From Eledone cirrhosa (taxonomy: Eukaryota), in assembly GCA_964016885.1 (NCBI GenBank), contig OZ024743.1, positions 249,054,001 to 249,118,000 of the forward strand: a stretch of 64,000 nt of DNA. The letters are read 5' to 3'. Shown piece after piece: positions 36,746 through 50,256 of the stretch (position 1 is the stretch's first letter; every line of letters starts with the position of its first letter). The notes under the pieces are model-generated. The model did not search any database, had not been told where the DNA came from, and saw only the letters and a program-made list of their open reading frames with translations. The translations under genes were made by a program, and so were the position numbers.

Positions 36746-39187
36746 ACCTTTAGCATTTACATTACTCTGTATCATCATCATCATCGTTTAACGTCCGTGT
36801 TCCACGCTTGCATGGGTTTGGACGGGGGTTTTCCCACTTGAGGCAAGAGTGATTGTCTTGCTCGCATAGGACTGTCTGGCGGGTTTTCTACAGCTGGATG
36901 CCCTTCCTAACACCAACCACATTTACAGTGTGGGGCTGGGAGGTTTTTACCGTGTTGCCTACACGGCCACATTACAGTGTGGACCGTCTGTCGGGTTTTC
37001 TACAGCTGGATGCCCTTCCTAACACCAACCACATTTACAGTGTGGGGCTGGGAGGTTTTTACAGTGTGGGGCTGGGAGGTTTTTACCGTGTTGCCTACAC
37101 GGCCACATTACAGCATGGACTGTGTGTTTTTTTGTCGTGACACCTACACGATCTCATTTGTTTCGGCCTGGATATTGTGGCACCAACATAACTTTACATT
37201 GAAAGGGGCGGTGTGGATGGGACGGGGGTGTATTTTGTTAGAGATGCCTACTGACTGTAGTAGGTTTTACTTTGTATTTAGGTAAGGCGGGTCTTCTCTA
37301 TTACTGAGTACCGCCAAAGGTCTCGGTCCAGTGACATTGTCTTGGAGAGGTGTAAGTGTGTGAGGTCGGAATTTATCAGCTCGTCCAGGTTTTTCTGGGT
37401 CTGCCTACTCTGTAGCTACCATCTATCTTTATTGCCCTGCACTTTGTTATACAGCTGTCGTCTTTCATGCGCATCACGTGACCATACCAACGTAACCTTC
37501 TCTCGAGTAAACAACATCTGATCCCTCTTATTTCTAATTTTTTCCTTAGTTCGCTTATGCTTTGCCGTTCACGTATGTTACTATTACACATCCAGCGGAG
37601 CATGCAAGCTTCGTTCCTCTCTAGTCTGCGTATATCCTCTGCACACAATGCCCAGGTCTCACTGCCATGCAACATTGCTGTTCGTATGCAGGCATCATAC
37701 AACCTGCCTTTCATTTTTAGGGAGAACCCTTTAGTGGTTAATAGTGGTATAAGCTCTGTGAACTTTTTCCATCCAGTTCTGACTCTAGCTACTGTACTTT
37801 CAGAGCACCCTCCCCCACTGCTGATTTTGTCACCCAGGTAATGGAAGCTGTCCACTATTTCTATAGGACCCTCTGTGCAATTGAAAGAGCTAGTATTTTG
37901 TGGGCATTTGCTGCTACTTATTGCTCCAGAGCACCGGCCACATGTAAAATCTATGTTCTTAGTTAGCTTACCTGTGATCCCACTACATCTTTTATGTACC
38001 CATACTTTGCATTTGGGACATAAAATGGAGTTTCTACCTACACCTTTCCTACACACTGAGCATGGCCATTTCCCGAAAGGGACCGTCGCCTTATTTTCTT
38101 TCCTACAAACTAGAACTTTAGTCTTAGCCAGGTTAATTTTAAGCCCTTTTGATTCTAGGCCATGCTTCCATGTTTGGAATTTCTTCTCTAGCTCGGCCAT
38201 TGATTCAGCTATGAGCGTTAGATCATCTGCGTATAGGAGTTCCCATGGGCAGCCGGTCTTGAACTCCACTGTTATAGCCTGAAGGGCAATAATAAATAGT
38301 AGGGGGCTAAGAACAGAGCCCTGATGTACACCAACTTTTACACTAAACTCTTCACTATATTCGTTGTTAATTCTAACCTTGCTGACTGTTTCTTTATACA
38401 TGGCTTGTATAGCTCTCACAAGCCATTCGTCAACACCTAGTTTTCTAAGAGCCCACCAGATAATGGAACGGGGGACTCTGTCGAAGGCTTTCTCCAAGTC
38501 AACAAAAGCTAAGTATAGGGGTTTACTTTTAGCTAGGTACTTCTCCTGTAGTTGTCGTACAATGAAAAGAGTGTCTGTGGTACTTTTGCCTGACACAAAA
38601 CCGAACTGCATTTCATCTAGATCAATTCTCTCTCTGATTAGTTGCGCTATAACTTTTTCCGTGACCTTCATGACCTGGTCGATTAATTTAATGCCTCTAT
38701 AGTTACTCCTATCTATGGCATCTCCTTTACCCTTGTAACAGTTAATGATGATGCTGCTACGCCAGTCCTTCAGAACAACCCCATTCTGTATGACTTGGTT
38801 TACTATCCGGGTGATCATGGTGTGTCCCACCGTTCCAGAGGCTTTCAGCATCTCAGCAACTATTTCCGAAGGCCCAGCCGCCTTACCCATCTTCATATCT
38901 TTGATTGCCTTACTTATTATACTACCTTCGACTAACACTGCCGGTCCCTCTATTCTCCCATTTATTCTCCTCATATATTCTCTTTGTATATACTATTGTA
39001 TTTTCACAGTAAAGTCTTTATCTCAGATAATTATCCCACATAATATCAAAGCTATGAGATTTTGATGTTATTTATTTTGAGAACAATACCTTAACATCAG
39101 TATGAACGGTTGCTTACAAATGGTTTGAACAGAAAGAGGTGAGAGAATTCTGGCCAGGTATGGCCGGTTTAAATGCTAAAGAGTTAA
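36746..39187. mobile_element. TTAA-type MITE split by the RTE insertion at 36771-38973
   Basis: cctttagcattt at left, aaatgctaaagag-ttaa at right; internal sequence resembles the reverse complement of 23129-23330. Confidence 0.55.
36771..38973 (-). mobile_element. RTE LINE subfamily A, 5'-truncated, RT-PHD ORF 37376-38974
   Basis: 532-aa ORF with YADD and PHD; 3' UTR has internal tandem duplications (about 36870-37110); (GAT)n tail. Confidence 0.95.
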
Positions 39188-40618
39188 TTTCATAATTGTT
39201 AAATGCGTGTTTCTCTCATTAAACTGTCAAAAATATGATTATAAAGACACCTTATTCAATATAAGTTGAATAATGAGTTAAGACAACAAAGTATAGAAAA
39301 TAGGAGACTATACAACCAATGAAAGAAAATTAAATAAACAAATGAAGTTTCTAATCTAGAAAATGTCAGGATGAGTAAATAAAAAATATGGGATGTAATA
39401 ACAAATACAAACGTATCTAGTAACAAATCAATAAGCTCTCCTCAAGATTATGATCAAATTGACATATAATCCTTGTAATTATAACGTGTTCATTCTATGA
39501 TAGTAAGAAAGATAGAAATGTAAGCTAGCATTTAGTAGTTACTTCTTGAATGTGTGTGAGAGAAGTAAGAAAGTATTTAGTGGTTGACAGAGTGGTAAAT
39601 ACAAGAGCAAAGTTCAGGTAAGTTCTTGAAGATTTTATAATAATATCAATATCAAATTGGCATGGTGTTTGCTGCATTTCTTTTGTGTTTGTTTGTGTGT
39701 GTGTGTGCATGAGAGAGAGAGAGAGAGAGAGAGAGACATTATTTACATCTGTTCTTCCATGCTTGCATGAGTTGGACAAAAGCCTACACTTATCCCAGTT
39801 TCAGGAAGGAGATTATTTAACCCTTTTACTATCATATTTCTCATGAAAGACATAATTGATGATTTTCAACAAATTTTGAAAATAATCAAGAATTTAGAAG
39901 GATTTAGTAACATAACTAACTTTCTCATTATTAAGCTGGTGTTTGGAACATAACTTAAAAAAGGTTATTACATAAAATTATGATAAAACACTTTAAAACA
40001 AAGTTTTGTATCATAGAATATGTTAAAAATGACTGCTCAAAGACACTCCAATCACACATACATGCATGTCTAAAGTGCTTTTGATTAATCAGTTTGGCGA
40101 TAACCACCCTGTCTTTTAAAGAGTATATCTAGGATTATATTATACAATTTCTCTTTAAGAAGGTAGATTGTGATTAGGCTGCTCTTTCTAACAGGTTCAG
40201 TGACCATGTAGAAACTCCATCTTCAAATAAAAACAACATGTATTTAACTGATTGAGTTCTGTTGCTGCCTCACTATTGAGGAAAGATTATAAATACATGA
40301 TGAAAGAGCAGAGCATGTTCTGCAAGAGAACACAAAACTAGTTATTCAACAGCATACAGATAAGAAAGAAACAAAAAAACAATCTTTTGCAAAGAAAAGA
40401 TCAACATCAGTTCAAATATTCTAAACAAAAGTGTCAATATATTTTCCAAACAATTGATGATTAAAAAAAAAAAATGTAATTGAAATAAACTACATGATAA
40501 AAATGGATGAGAAATGTTCTAAATGTGGAGCATTTCAGTGATTAAAAGTTCTTTAGGAGATCCCAGATAAAGAAAAAGTGCTAATACCGTCCATTCTCTA
40601 TTCACCTCCTGGGGGTCC

Positions 40619-41105
40619 TTCACTCCCAGTGGTTTAACTGCGCGATTGGGTATCCAGCCCAATTATTTCTATGTCCTCGCACATATATACACATATGTAT
40701 ACATGCATATACACATATATACATATGTGTATACATATTTACACATTTTTGGATGGCCATTGACTCTTATGAATTCTTCCGCCATTTGTCAAGTTTTGTT
40801 TTTGTCCTGCAGGGTGTCCAAAATCACCCTCCTCACCAAGTAAACTTGGTGGGGTTGCCGGTTTAGTCGCCGATGACCCGACCATGCAACGGTTGTACTG
40901 GGTTACATACATACATGATGGCTGCCCCCTCATTATCGAGTATGGCCATTGCACGATATACCATTATTAATAATTATTAATTAATTCTATCGTGCAATGC
41001 CTGTGCATGAAGATATTTTTTAAAGTGAGGAAAGACTGTGCACTGAGCCAATCCCACTCTCTGAGCGACAGTAGCTATAACCCGAAAAGAAGAAAAGATC
41101 AACAT
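40619..41105 (-). mobile_element. Non-coding bipartite derivative of the RTE-C2H2 element (5' UTR joined to 3' end), permuted order
   Basis: 40619-40680 matches 32354-32416; 40990-41105 matches 32141-32255; 40915-40956 matches 27197-27239. Confidence 0.88.
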
Positions 41106-42269
41106 ACATACACACATATATATACACATACATACATATATACATACACTTGATTTGTTGAAATATATGAAAAAAAATCAAGTAGGTTATAGAAAATAGA
41201 CAAATGTCCACATGACCAATGCCAAAATTCTCCCAACAATTGCTGTAATAATTTACTGGCTTCATTTTACATTTCCACCAGAGTTATGTTTTAACAGCAT
41301 TAAAAACTAGACACACATTCTGAAATATGAAAGGTGTACTAGTAAGTGTTTATATTGACATTTTGATATCATCAACTTCTATATCAGAGCATTCTAATGA
41401 ACTACAAATACTGTCATCATCATAACTGGGTTATGTTTGTTTATCATGCAGGTATGAATTAGATGGTTTATCATGTTATGAGGCTACACAAGTCAGACAA
41501 CCACATTTTGCTCATACACTCCATTTTGGCATGGTTTCTAATGCCAACCACTTTACAGTGTAGACTGGGTACATTTTATCTTGACACCATTACTACCACT
41601 TTATAGTGTAGACAGGGTGCTTTTTATTGTGTCACCATCACTACTATTATTCAGCATGGATTGGGTGCTTTTTATTGTGATACTATGACTGCCACTATTG
41701 CGACACTGTGACTGGTCTTCTTAAAAGAGAAATATATAACATTTTTATCTGAGAAATTGATTATCTAGACAAACATGCCATATTATTGCGCAAAATAAAT
41801 AATGAACTAAAGTTAATTATTTTTGTTAATTGTATCTAAAATAACAAAGAGAAAAATTATGACCAAATTGAGTGAAAAGTTCTTGTATTAATTCTCACAT
41901 TAAATAAATTTTATTATCTGGCATTTCAGAAGTTTACTATCATGGCAAATAACAAACCATTACAGCATTTGTTTGTACATTTGTGTGACATTGTACTGTG
42001 ACATTGATCTTATGACATAATTTAACAACTTCCATTCCTGTCATTTTTGAAATGTTAAATAGGAAAGTTTTAACACCAAAATATCTAATCAAACATTGGC
42101 AACTTCAAGTTTATAATGGGAGCATATGTAGTTAAGCAAAAGAATAACAACAAAACTGCTCATGAAATTAATACAGGAAAGCAAGTTAGGTATTGAAGAA
42201 ATCAACTGCCCAATTAGTAGAACAGCCAAGACCCTCTCAAGGTTTTGGGTAATGCTTGCAAATGATTTG

Positions 42270-43052
42270 CTAGCTGAGTGGCTGGCTAGCTTGTTGGTTG
42301 ATTGGTTGGCTGAGTAGCTGGTTGATTGGTTGGTTGGCTGGCTGGATGGCTGGAGACTGGTTGGCTGGCTGGCTGGAGGCTGGTTGGCTGGCTGGATGGC
42401 TGGAGACTGGTTGGCTGGATGGCTGGAGGCTGGTTGGCTGGCTGGCTGGCTGGCTGGAGGCTGGTTGGCTGGATGGCTGGAGGCTGGTTGGCTGGCTGGC
42501 TGGATGGCTGGAGGCTGGTTGGCTGGATGGCTGGCTGGAGGCTGGTTGGCTGGATGGCTGGAGGCTGGTTGGCTGGATGACTGGAGGCTGGTTGGTTGGC
42601 TGGCTGGCTGGCTGCAGGCTGGTTGGCTGGATGGCTGGAGGCTGGTTGGCTGGCTGGCTGGATGGATGGTTGGAGGCTGGTTGGCTGGCTGGCTGGCTGG
42701 AGGCTGGTTGGCTGGATGGCTGGAGGCTGGTTGGCTGGCTGGCTGGATGGCTGGAGGCTGGTTGGCTGGATGGATGGCAGGAGACTGGTTGGCTGGATGG
42801 ATGGAGGCTGGTTGGCTGGCTGACTGGATGGCTGGAGGCTGGTTGGCTGGCTGGCTGGATGGTTAGAGGCTGGTTGGCTGGATGGCTGGAGGCTGGTTGG
42901 CTGGATGGCTGGATGGTTAGAGGCTGGTTGGCTGGATGGAGGCTGGTTGGCTGGCTGACTGGATGGCTGGGGGCTGGTTGGCTGGTTGGCTGGATGGCTA
43001 GAGGCTGGTTGGCTGGATGGCTGGATGAATGGGTGGTTGTTGGCTGGCTGCT
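42270..43052 (+). repeat. Compound (GGCT/GGAT/GGTT/GGA)n satellite, about 780 bp
   Basis: Directly visible; produces spurious W/G/L-rich and Q/P/S-rich ORFs. Confidence 0.95.
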
Positions 43053-44017
43053 TGCCATTTTGATTTACCTAAACAATTTAATCTGCTGATGTGTTTGGGG
43101 ATTGTAATCATTTAATGTATGATGACATATACATTTCAACCACTCCAGCGATGTTTGCAGATATCCTTAGTAAAACTGACAAAACTCAAGAGTTATTTAA
43201 TATATTGATTGAAGTAAAAAGTATATTGACTGAAGTAAAAAGTAAATATAATTTTAATATATTTTATCATATATTCATTGAAGTAAACCAGTTTAGGAGA
43301 TTTGCAGAGATGTAAATAAAACAATTTTCATAAATATTACATATGTGATTTTTCTATTGATATTTTTATTTTATTATATTTTTGCCTACACATCTAAACA
43401 GGGCCATATTAAGGAATTGGCACGTTGGACTATTGTCCAACCTATTGCTAATCTATATATGTTGTGGTTATCTATGTAGGGTCCACTGAGTCTAAGGGGC
43501 CAATACAAATCTATGTATGTTGTAGCAGTATATGTAGGGGTCCCAGTGCTTTGCTTTGTCCAGGGATCTATAGTGCTGTTAAGATGATCTTGTATCTAAA
43601 GACCTATTCATTTGTTGTGAGGATGCTTGACCAATCCTGTGTCCTAGCTTTACTATCATTTACAATAATACTGTAAGTGTTTTGGGTTGCCATAAAAACC
43701 TTTAAAGAGAAACACCAGCATTCCCTGTTATTGCATGTAATTGAGGGATGTGTGCATATCTTTTTTCTTCCGAATTCATTTTTATTGATTTGTTTCTTTA
43801 ATCTAACTGTTGTGAGGGGGAAGTAGGGGCTTGGCAGAAAGTCAAGATATTTGATATTTTTAATAGAAACCAATAGAAAAGGGTTAAGATATTTTTAATA
43901 GAAACCAAAAGAAAAAAGTTAAGATTTTTTCAATAAATACTTGCAGATAATGTTTACAACAAGACTTCTCAACCTCTTCATTTTATTTACCCTGTGGCAA
44001 ATGTAAAGATACACAGC

Positions 44018-44255
44018 CTAGTGATACAGGTGTTAAACGCATTATCATGAGGCAGTGTATTGTGTCTTTGAGCAGGAAATTTCATTTGACATTGCTCCAG
44101 TTCACTCAGCTGAAAAAATGAGTACCAGTAGCAGCTATGGGTTAACCCTGCAATAGACTGTTGTTCTGTCCATGGTGGAGTTTTGTACTCTCAGATGATT
44201 ATTGCCAATGAAAGTGGGGTAAGCTCTGGTTTGGGTTTGGAACAGACTTTAACAT
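44018..44255 (+). mobile_element. Degenerate tRNA SINE
   Basis: ttgagcagg..ttgctccagttcactcagctg core; similar to 45105-45385. Confidence 0.65.
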
Positions 44256-45102
44256 TTAACTTACCCAGTAGCAACATTTTAAAAATAAATTTCTCTCTGC
44301 TCTGCTTTGTTCAGTAATTTGAGTTTATTCAAAAATACTGTTTTCAACACTTATTTTATGTTCAAATAATAATTGCACAAAGCAACGTTATTTCACTTAA
44401 TTTAAGAAGAACTAATGAGAAACATTAATACTAGGACTAAATACATTCAGTTACTGCAGTGTCTTATTTCATTTATTCTTGTGATTATGACATATTCAGA
44501 ACAGTACATTAATAATTTTTATCATCATATAACAAATACATAAGATTAGATAGAAGTACATACATGTAATAAATTAATTATTGCCAGGAACCTTATAAAT
44601 ATAATACACAAAAATATATAATCAAAGAGAGAGAAAGAAAGAAACAAACTTCAATTCAATACTATTACTTATGAACAACTAATAGTGAACATGGTAACTA
44701 GGACCAAATATAGTCATTCAATGTGACCAACTAATGATGAGTAGATAACAGTACTAGGAACAACAAATACAGTCAATCAATAGGAACACACAAGTCATAT
44801 AAATCTTTAAATCCAAAATAGTAGAAAGAAATCAAATTTGTATTTTAATAAACAAACTAAACCTACTTCAATTTTTCCCCATCCTCCAGGGAAACGCCTT
44901 CTCTATTCTGTCTGGTGGGGTTGCAGGGCAGCCAACATGTGGGCCCCCATTTGCTCATAATAGTGAGATATGGGGAGAGCAGGAGAGACGGACCTGTGTT
45001 CAGACCTGGTGTATATGTATATATTTATTTACCACACCACATGATACCATGTTATTTAAAGGATCTTGCATAGAATTATACAGCAATGTCTTCTACTATG
45101 TG

Positions 45103-45388
45103 GAGACATGTGGCTTAGTGGTAAGTGTGTTGGACTTACGATCATAATGTCATGGGTTCGATTCCTGGTTTGTATGTTGTGTTCTTGAGCAAAACACTTC
45201 ATTTTACGTTGCTCCAGTATACTCAGCTGAAAATGAGTACCAGCAATAGCTGGGGATTTAACCCTTCGATGGCTGGCGTCCTGTTCAGGGGGGTTTCTTG
45301 TATTCTCAGTCTCTTCACGCCATGAAACCAGGATAAGCACTGGCCAAATGAGCCTTCTGGCTTAAGACAGACTTTAGAGTTTTAGAGT
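45103..45388 (+). mobile_element. tRNA-derived SINE with the same head and core as 18346 but a different 3' tail
   Basis: tggcttagtgg A box, ggttcgattcc B box, cttgagcaaaacac core, (tttagag) end repeats. Confidence 0.85.
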
Positions 45389-45925
45389 TCTACTATAGTC
45401 TTGTGTCAATCGATGTTATGTGAGTGATTATTCTTCTCAACTTCAGACTATTTTTTAATTATAATTGAAATGAATGTGTACTAAATCATGAATCAGCAAA
45501 TTTATCCCTTGGGACATATTTATCACAGTTTGGCAACTTGTAGTTAACAGCATATTTTCCAAAGAAATTAACGAGAAATTTATTTTATATAGACACTGAA
45601 TTATAACAAAAATCTTTACTTGAAGTTTAATAAAAGCCAACTATAATTTAGGGCATTTTATTGAGGTTTGTTGAGTTTCTACTATGTTATGCAGGATAAT
45701 TTGATGAGAGAAAAAGAAGGTACTATGTCAAGGATATATTTCAATTAAGAGAATAAACGGATTGACAACATTTACACCTTTCATCAGAGTTAATATAAGA
45801 GTCTCCTCCTCCACCTCCTCATTCATCATCATCATCAAAGATGCTGCCAACCCTTTTAGTCACCTCTTATGACATACATGGATACAATATCTCTCTCTCT
45901 CTCTCGCTCTCTCTCTCTCTCCCCC

Positions 45926-45975
<50 letters not shown>

Positions 45976-45976
45976 A

Positions 45977-46011
<35 letters not shown>

Positions 46012-46018
<7 letters not shown>

Positions 46019-46610
46019 TATGTATACGTACATACATATATGTATACAGACGTACAGTAGTATGTATATATATATATACATACATGCACACATATATATA
46101 TATGTACGTATGGATTCACCGAACATTTATTATAATACTCGGTGTGTTTGTAAACAAACAACCCGAATTAAGCCGTAGTGTCCAACAACCATCGTTGCTC
46201 GTTTGTTTAACACTGACAAAGGAACGCTGTACTAGTTTCAAGCTTATTAGCTATCGTCAGCAACGTATACCTTCCTGCCAGATTGTTGAACATCTGAAAG
46301 TATTTACTTTCCTTATGCATATTAACGGCTGAGCAGCCTAATTTGCATATCGAGTGAGTTAATCGGCCGGGGAACCGAAAACGATAAACGGAAAAAATGA
46401 AACGAAATTGCCTGTATGTATATATATATACATACTACTGTACGTCTGTATACATATATGTATGTACGTATACATACTTATATTTAAGTAACAGCCGTAC
46501 TAAGAGTGAGAAATAAAATTTCATTTCATTTTTTCCGTTTATCGTTTTCGGTACCTCGGCTGATTAACTCACTCGATATGCAAATTAGGCTGCTCAGCCG
46601 TTAATATGCT
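46012..46610. mobile_element. Penelope-like rearranged element with interleaved inverted repeats A-B-A'-B'
   Basis: A about 46012-46084 with A' about 46414-46483; B about 46317-46409 with B' about 46517-46609; hammerhead between A and B. Confidence 0.7.
46224..46266 (-). ncRNA. Minimal type I hammerhead ribozyme, canonical core
   Basis: acgttg-CTGACGA-t(agct aata agct)t-GAAAC-ta-GTA-cagcgt. Confidence 0.8.
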
Positions 46611-46614
46611 TCAA

Positions 46615-49377
46615 TAGAGTCCATGGAGGCCACGGGGTTGGCACAAGAAATGATGAAGGATTCAGACTTCTAGAATTCTGCGACGCCAATGACATGTCGA
46701 TATGTAACACAAACTTCAAAACACCCGACAACTACCTGATCACCTATAGATCAGGGGAGCATTCTAGTCAGATAAATTTTATCCTCATCAGAGGACGTGA
46801 CAGATGGACGGTCGTAAACACAAAAGCCTACCTTAGTGAGGAATGTACCTCCCAACATAGCTTAGTTGTCAGCGACCTCACGGTCAGAACTAGACGAACC
46901 TGGAAACAGAGGCCAACCTGGAGAAGAAAGATCTGGAAGCTGAAAGACCCCTCAGCCAGTAACAGATTTAAAGATATTTTACTCAATGCCTACGACAGTA
47001 AAGAAGAACAGATAGAGACATTCAATGTAGAAGAGAACTGGGAGTTCCTAAAAAATAACTTACTAGAGGCGACGGATGAGGTCTGTGGCTGGAGTAAGAC
47101 CACAAGCAGGAGGAGAGTGACTTAGTGGTGGAACAATAAGATAGATGAGGCAGTTAAGGCCAAGAGACAGGCATGGAAAGAATGGAAGAATGGGGGGAGA
47201 AGGGTACATTACATAGAGACCAAGAGGGAAGCTAGGCGACAAGTATACTTAGCTAGGAGGGAAGCAGAGGATAGAAAATTCAAGCATGTTTTGCAACGTG
47301 AGGACCAGAAACAGGAGGTGTTCAAGATTGCGAGGCAGCGTGTCAGAGAGAATTGTGATGTCATTGGAGAGAAGTGTATCCGGAATGATAAAGGTGAGCT
47401 TGCCCTCACAAGTGCTGAGAAGAAAGATGCATGGAAGAGCCATTATGATAGATTACTAAATGAGGAGAATGCATGGGAAGAAGAGACCCTACCCCAAGTA
47501 GACCCTATAGAGGGGCCAACAGTACAAGTCAGCAGCAGCGTAGTAAGTAAGGCAATCAAAGATATGAAGATGGGGAAGGCAGCCGGTCTATCGGGTATAG
47601 CTGCCGAGATGCTGAAGGCATCTGGGTCTGTAGGTGACACTATAACCACACGTATTGTTAACCAGGTAATACTAGAAGGTGTCATACCAAAAGATTGGTG
47701 CAGTAGCATCATTGTCAACTGCTACAAAGGTAAAGGTGATGCACTAGATAGAGGAAACTATAGAGGTATTAAGCTGATGGACCAGGTCATGAAAGTAACA
47801 GAAAGAGTTATAGCACAGTTGATTAGGGACCGGGTGAAAATAGATGAGATGCAATTTGGGTTTGTACCCGGAAGAGGCACCACTGATGCCCTCTTCCTTG
47901 TGAGGCAGTTACAGGAAAAGTACCTAGCTAAAAGTAAGCCACTCTACCTGGCATTTGTCGATATCGAGAAAGCCTTTGACAGAGTTCCACGTGTTATAAT
48001 CTGGTGGGCTCTTAGAAAACTAGGAGTAGATGAATGGCTTGTGAAAGCGGTACAAGCCATGTATAGGGGAGCAGTCAGCAAAGTTAGGATTAGCAATGAG
48101 TATTGCGAGGAATTAAGGGCTCTGTTCTTAGCCCTCTCCTGTTCATCATAGTCCTGCAGGCAATAACGGGGGAGTTTAAGACCGGATGCCCATGGGAACT
48201 CCTGTATGCTGATGACCTCGCACTTATAGCTGAATCTATGGTAGAACTAGAGAAGAAATTCCAAACTTGGAAGCAGGGACTAGAAAGAAAGGGTCTCAAA
48301 GTCAACATGACAAAGACTAAGGTCCTTGTAAGTAGACGAGAAAACAGAACCCAGATCCCCTCAGGGAAATAGCCTTGCTCGGTATGTAGGAAATGTGTAT
48401 GTAGGAACTCCATTCTCTGCCCCAAATGCAAACAATGGGTACACAAGAGATGTAGTGGGATCTCAGGAAGCTTAATTAAGAATGTAGGCTTCACATGCAG
48501 CAGCTGTGCTGAGACAGCAAGTAGCAAACAGCCACAGGAAACAAGTACCACCAATCTCTGGGAGGGCCCTGTAGAAACAGTAGACAGCTTCTGCTACCTA
48601 GGTGACCGAATTAGCAACGGAGGTGGGTGTTCAGAAAGTACAATAACTAGGGTAAGAATGGGATGGAAGAAGTTCAGGGAACTACTGCCACTGCTAGCTG
48701 CAAAAGGCTTCTCCCTCAAAATGAAAGGCAGACTGTATGATGTGTGTATCCGAACAGCAATGTTACATGGTAGTGAGACATGGGTGCTGAAGGTGGAAGA
48801 CTTACGTAGATTAGAAAGAAAGTTACGGAGTAGGTAGACCCAGAAAAACCTGGGACGATCTGATAAATTCCGACCTTACACACTTGCACCTCTCTAAGAC
48901 AATATTACTGGACCGAGATCTTTGGCACTACACAGTAATACAGAAGACCCGCCTTGCCTATGTACAAAGCGAAACCTACAGTCAGTAGGCACCTCCTAAC
49001 CAAATATACACCCCAATCCACTACCCCTACCCTATCCTCCCACTCCCACCAACACCACCCTCTCTCTGTAAAGTTGGTACCACAACATCCAGTCCAAATA
49101 AACGAGATAATGAGATCGAGATCGTGTAGGTGTCACAAGAAAAAACACACAGTCCATGCTGTAATGTAGCCATGTAAGTAACACGGTAAAAAGTTCCCAG
49201 TTCTACTGTAAATGTGGTTGGTGTTAGGAAGGGCATCCAGCCGTAGAAAACCTGCCAGATAGTCTTATATGAGCGAGACACGGTCACCCGACCAACCTTG
49301 ACTCAAGTGGGACAACTCCCATCTAACCCATACTAGCGTGGAAAATGGATGTTAAACGAAGATGATGATGATGATGA
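46615..49377 (+). mobile_element. Chimeric RTE LINE: subfamily B body with subfamily A 3' end, disrupted
   Basis: EN-RT-PHD matches 11496-13079 up to about 48820, then matches 19752-20243; (GAT)n tail. Confidence 0.92.
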
Positions 49378-49394
49378 CACACACACACACGCAC

Positions 49395-49427
<33 letters not shown>

Positions 49428-49552
49428 TATCCACAGTAAGTTGTGGGGTTCAGTCTGCATGAAGAACTCAATGTAATCCATATGTTGAAAATGTTGTAGT
49501 TTAAAATAAATCCTGGAAAATAATAAAACATTAAAAGGAAAACAGAGTCATG

Positions 49553-49781
49553 ATATAAGTTAAAACAATGAAATAAAAAATCAAGTCATTAGAAATATAC
49601 TTCACTGCTTTACAATCGTTTCTAGGTGATGATAATACATCGTAACTATACTTCGTTATCGATCTATGTAAGGTTAGATCGATAACGAAGTATAGTTACG
49701 ATGTATTATCATCACCTAGAAACGATCGTAAAGCAGTGAAGTATATTTCTAATGACTTGATTTTTTATTTCATTGTTTTAA

Positions 49782-49788
<7 letters not shown>
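49553..49788. mobile_element. Penelope-like fold-back: 114-bp arms, 8-nt loop, partial hammerhead
   Basis: 49553-49666 is the near-perfect reverse complement of 49675-49788; GAAAC-gatc-GTA at 49719-49730. Confidence 0.7.
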
Positions 49789-49851
<63 letters not shown>

Positions 49852-50256
49852 CTTTTATTAAATTTTATTTAAAGACACCTTCTGTTGCAGACCTCCAGAA
49901 TGTTTTCAAGGAGTCATGGGCATCCCCAGAAGCTACTTTGGGAAACACTGATTTAACCTCCATTCATTCATTGTATATATATGTATATATGAATGCATAA
50001 CTTCTAATGGAATCATTGAGGCACCATAGTGACATATGACATATCTTGATCATGTTAATCCTGGTGGAGCCAAACCCTCTCCAGGTTTAAACACACAGCT
50101 GATTTCTTCTTCCGAGAGAGAGAGAGAGAGAGCGGGGAGAAGTGAGAAGAAGAAGGTATAAAGGAAGAATTGACCCAGTACTTGACTGGTACTTTTATTA
50201 TTGATATCAGAGAGCTTAAATGAATATTGTTTACATCTTTTCTTTCCTCTAATCAG

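Noticed and set aside
42270-43089. 262-263-aa ORFs on both strands (QPASS-rich and WLAG-rich)
   Set aside because: Translations of a tetranucleotide satellite; no splice or domain evidence
45760-45795. Minus-strand ctgatga..gtaaatgttgtc possible hammerhead
   Set aside because: No stem II pairing and no GAAA
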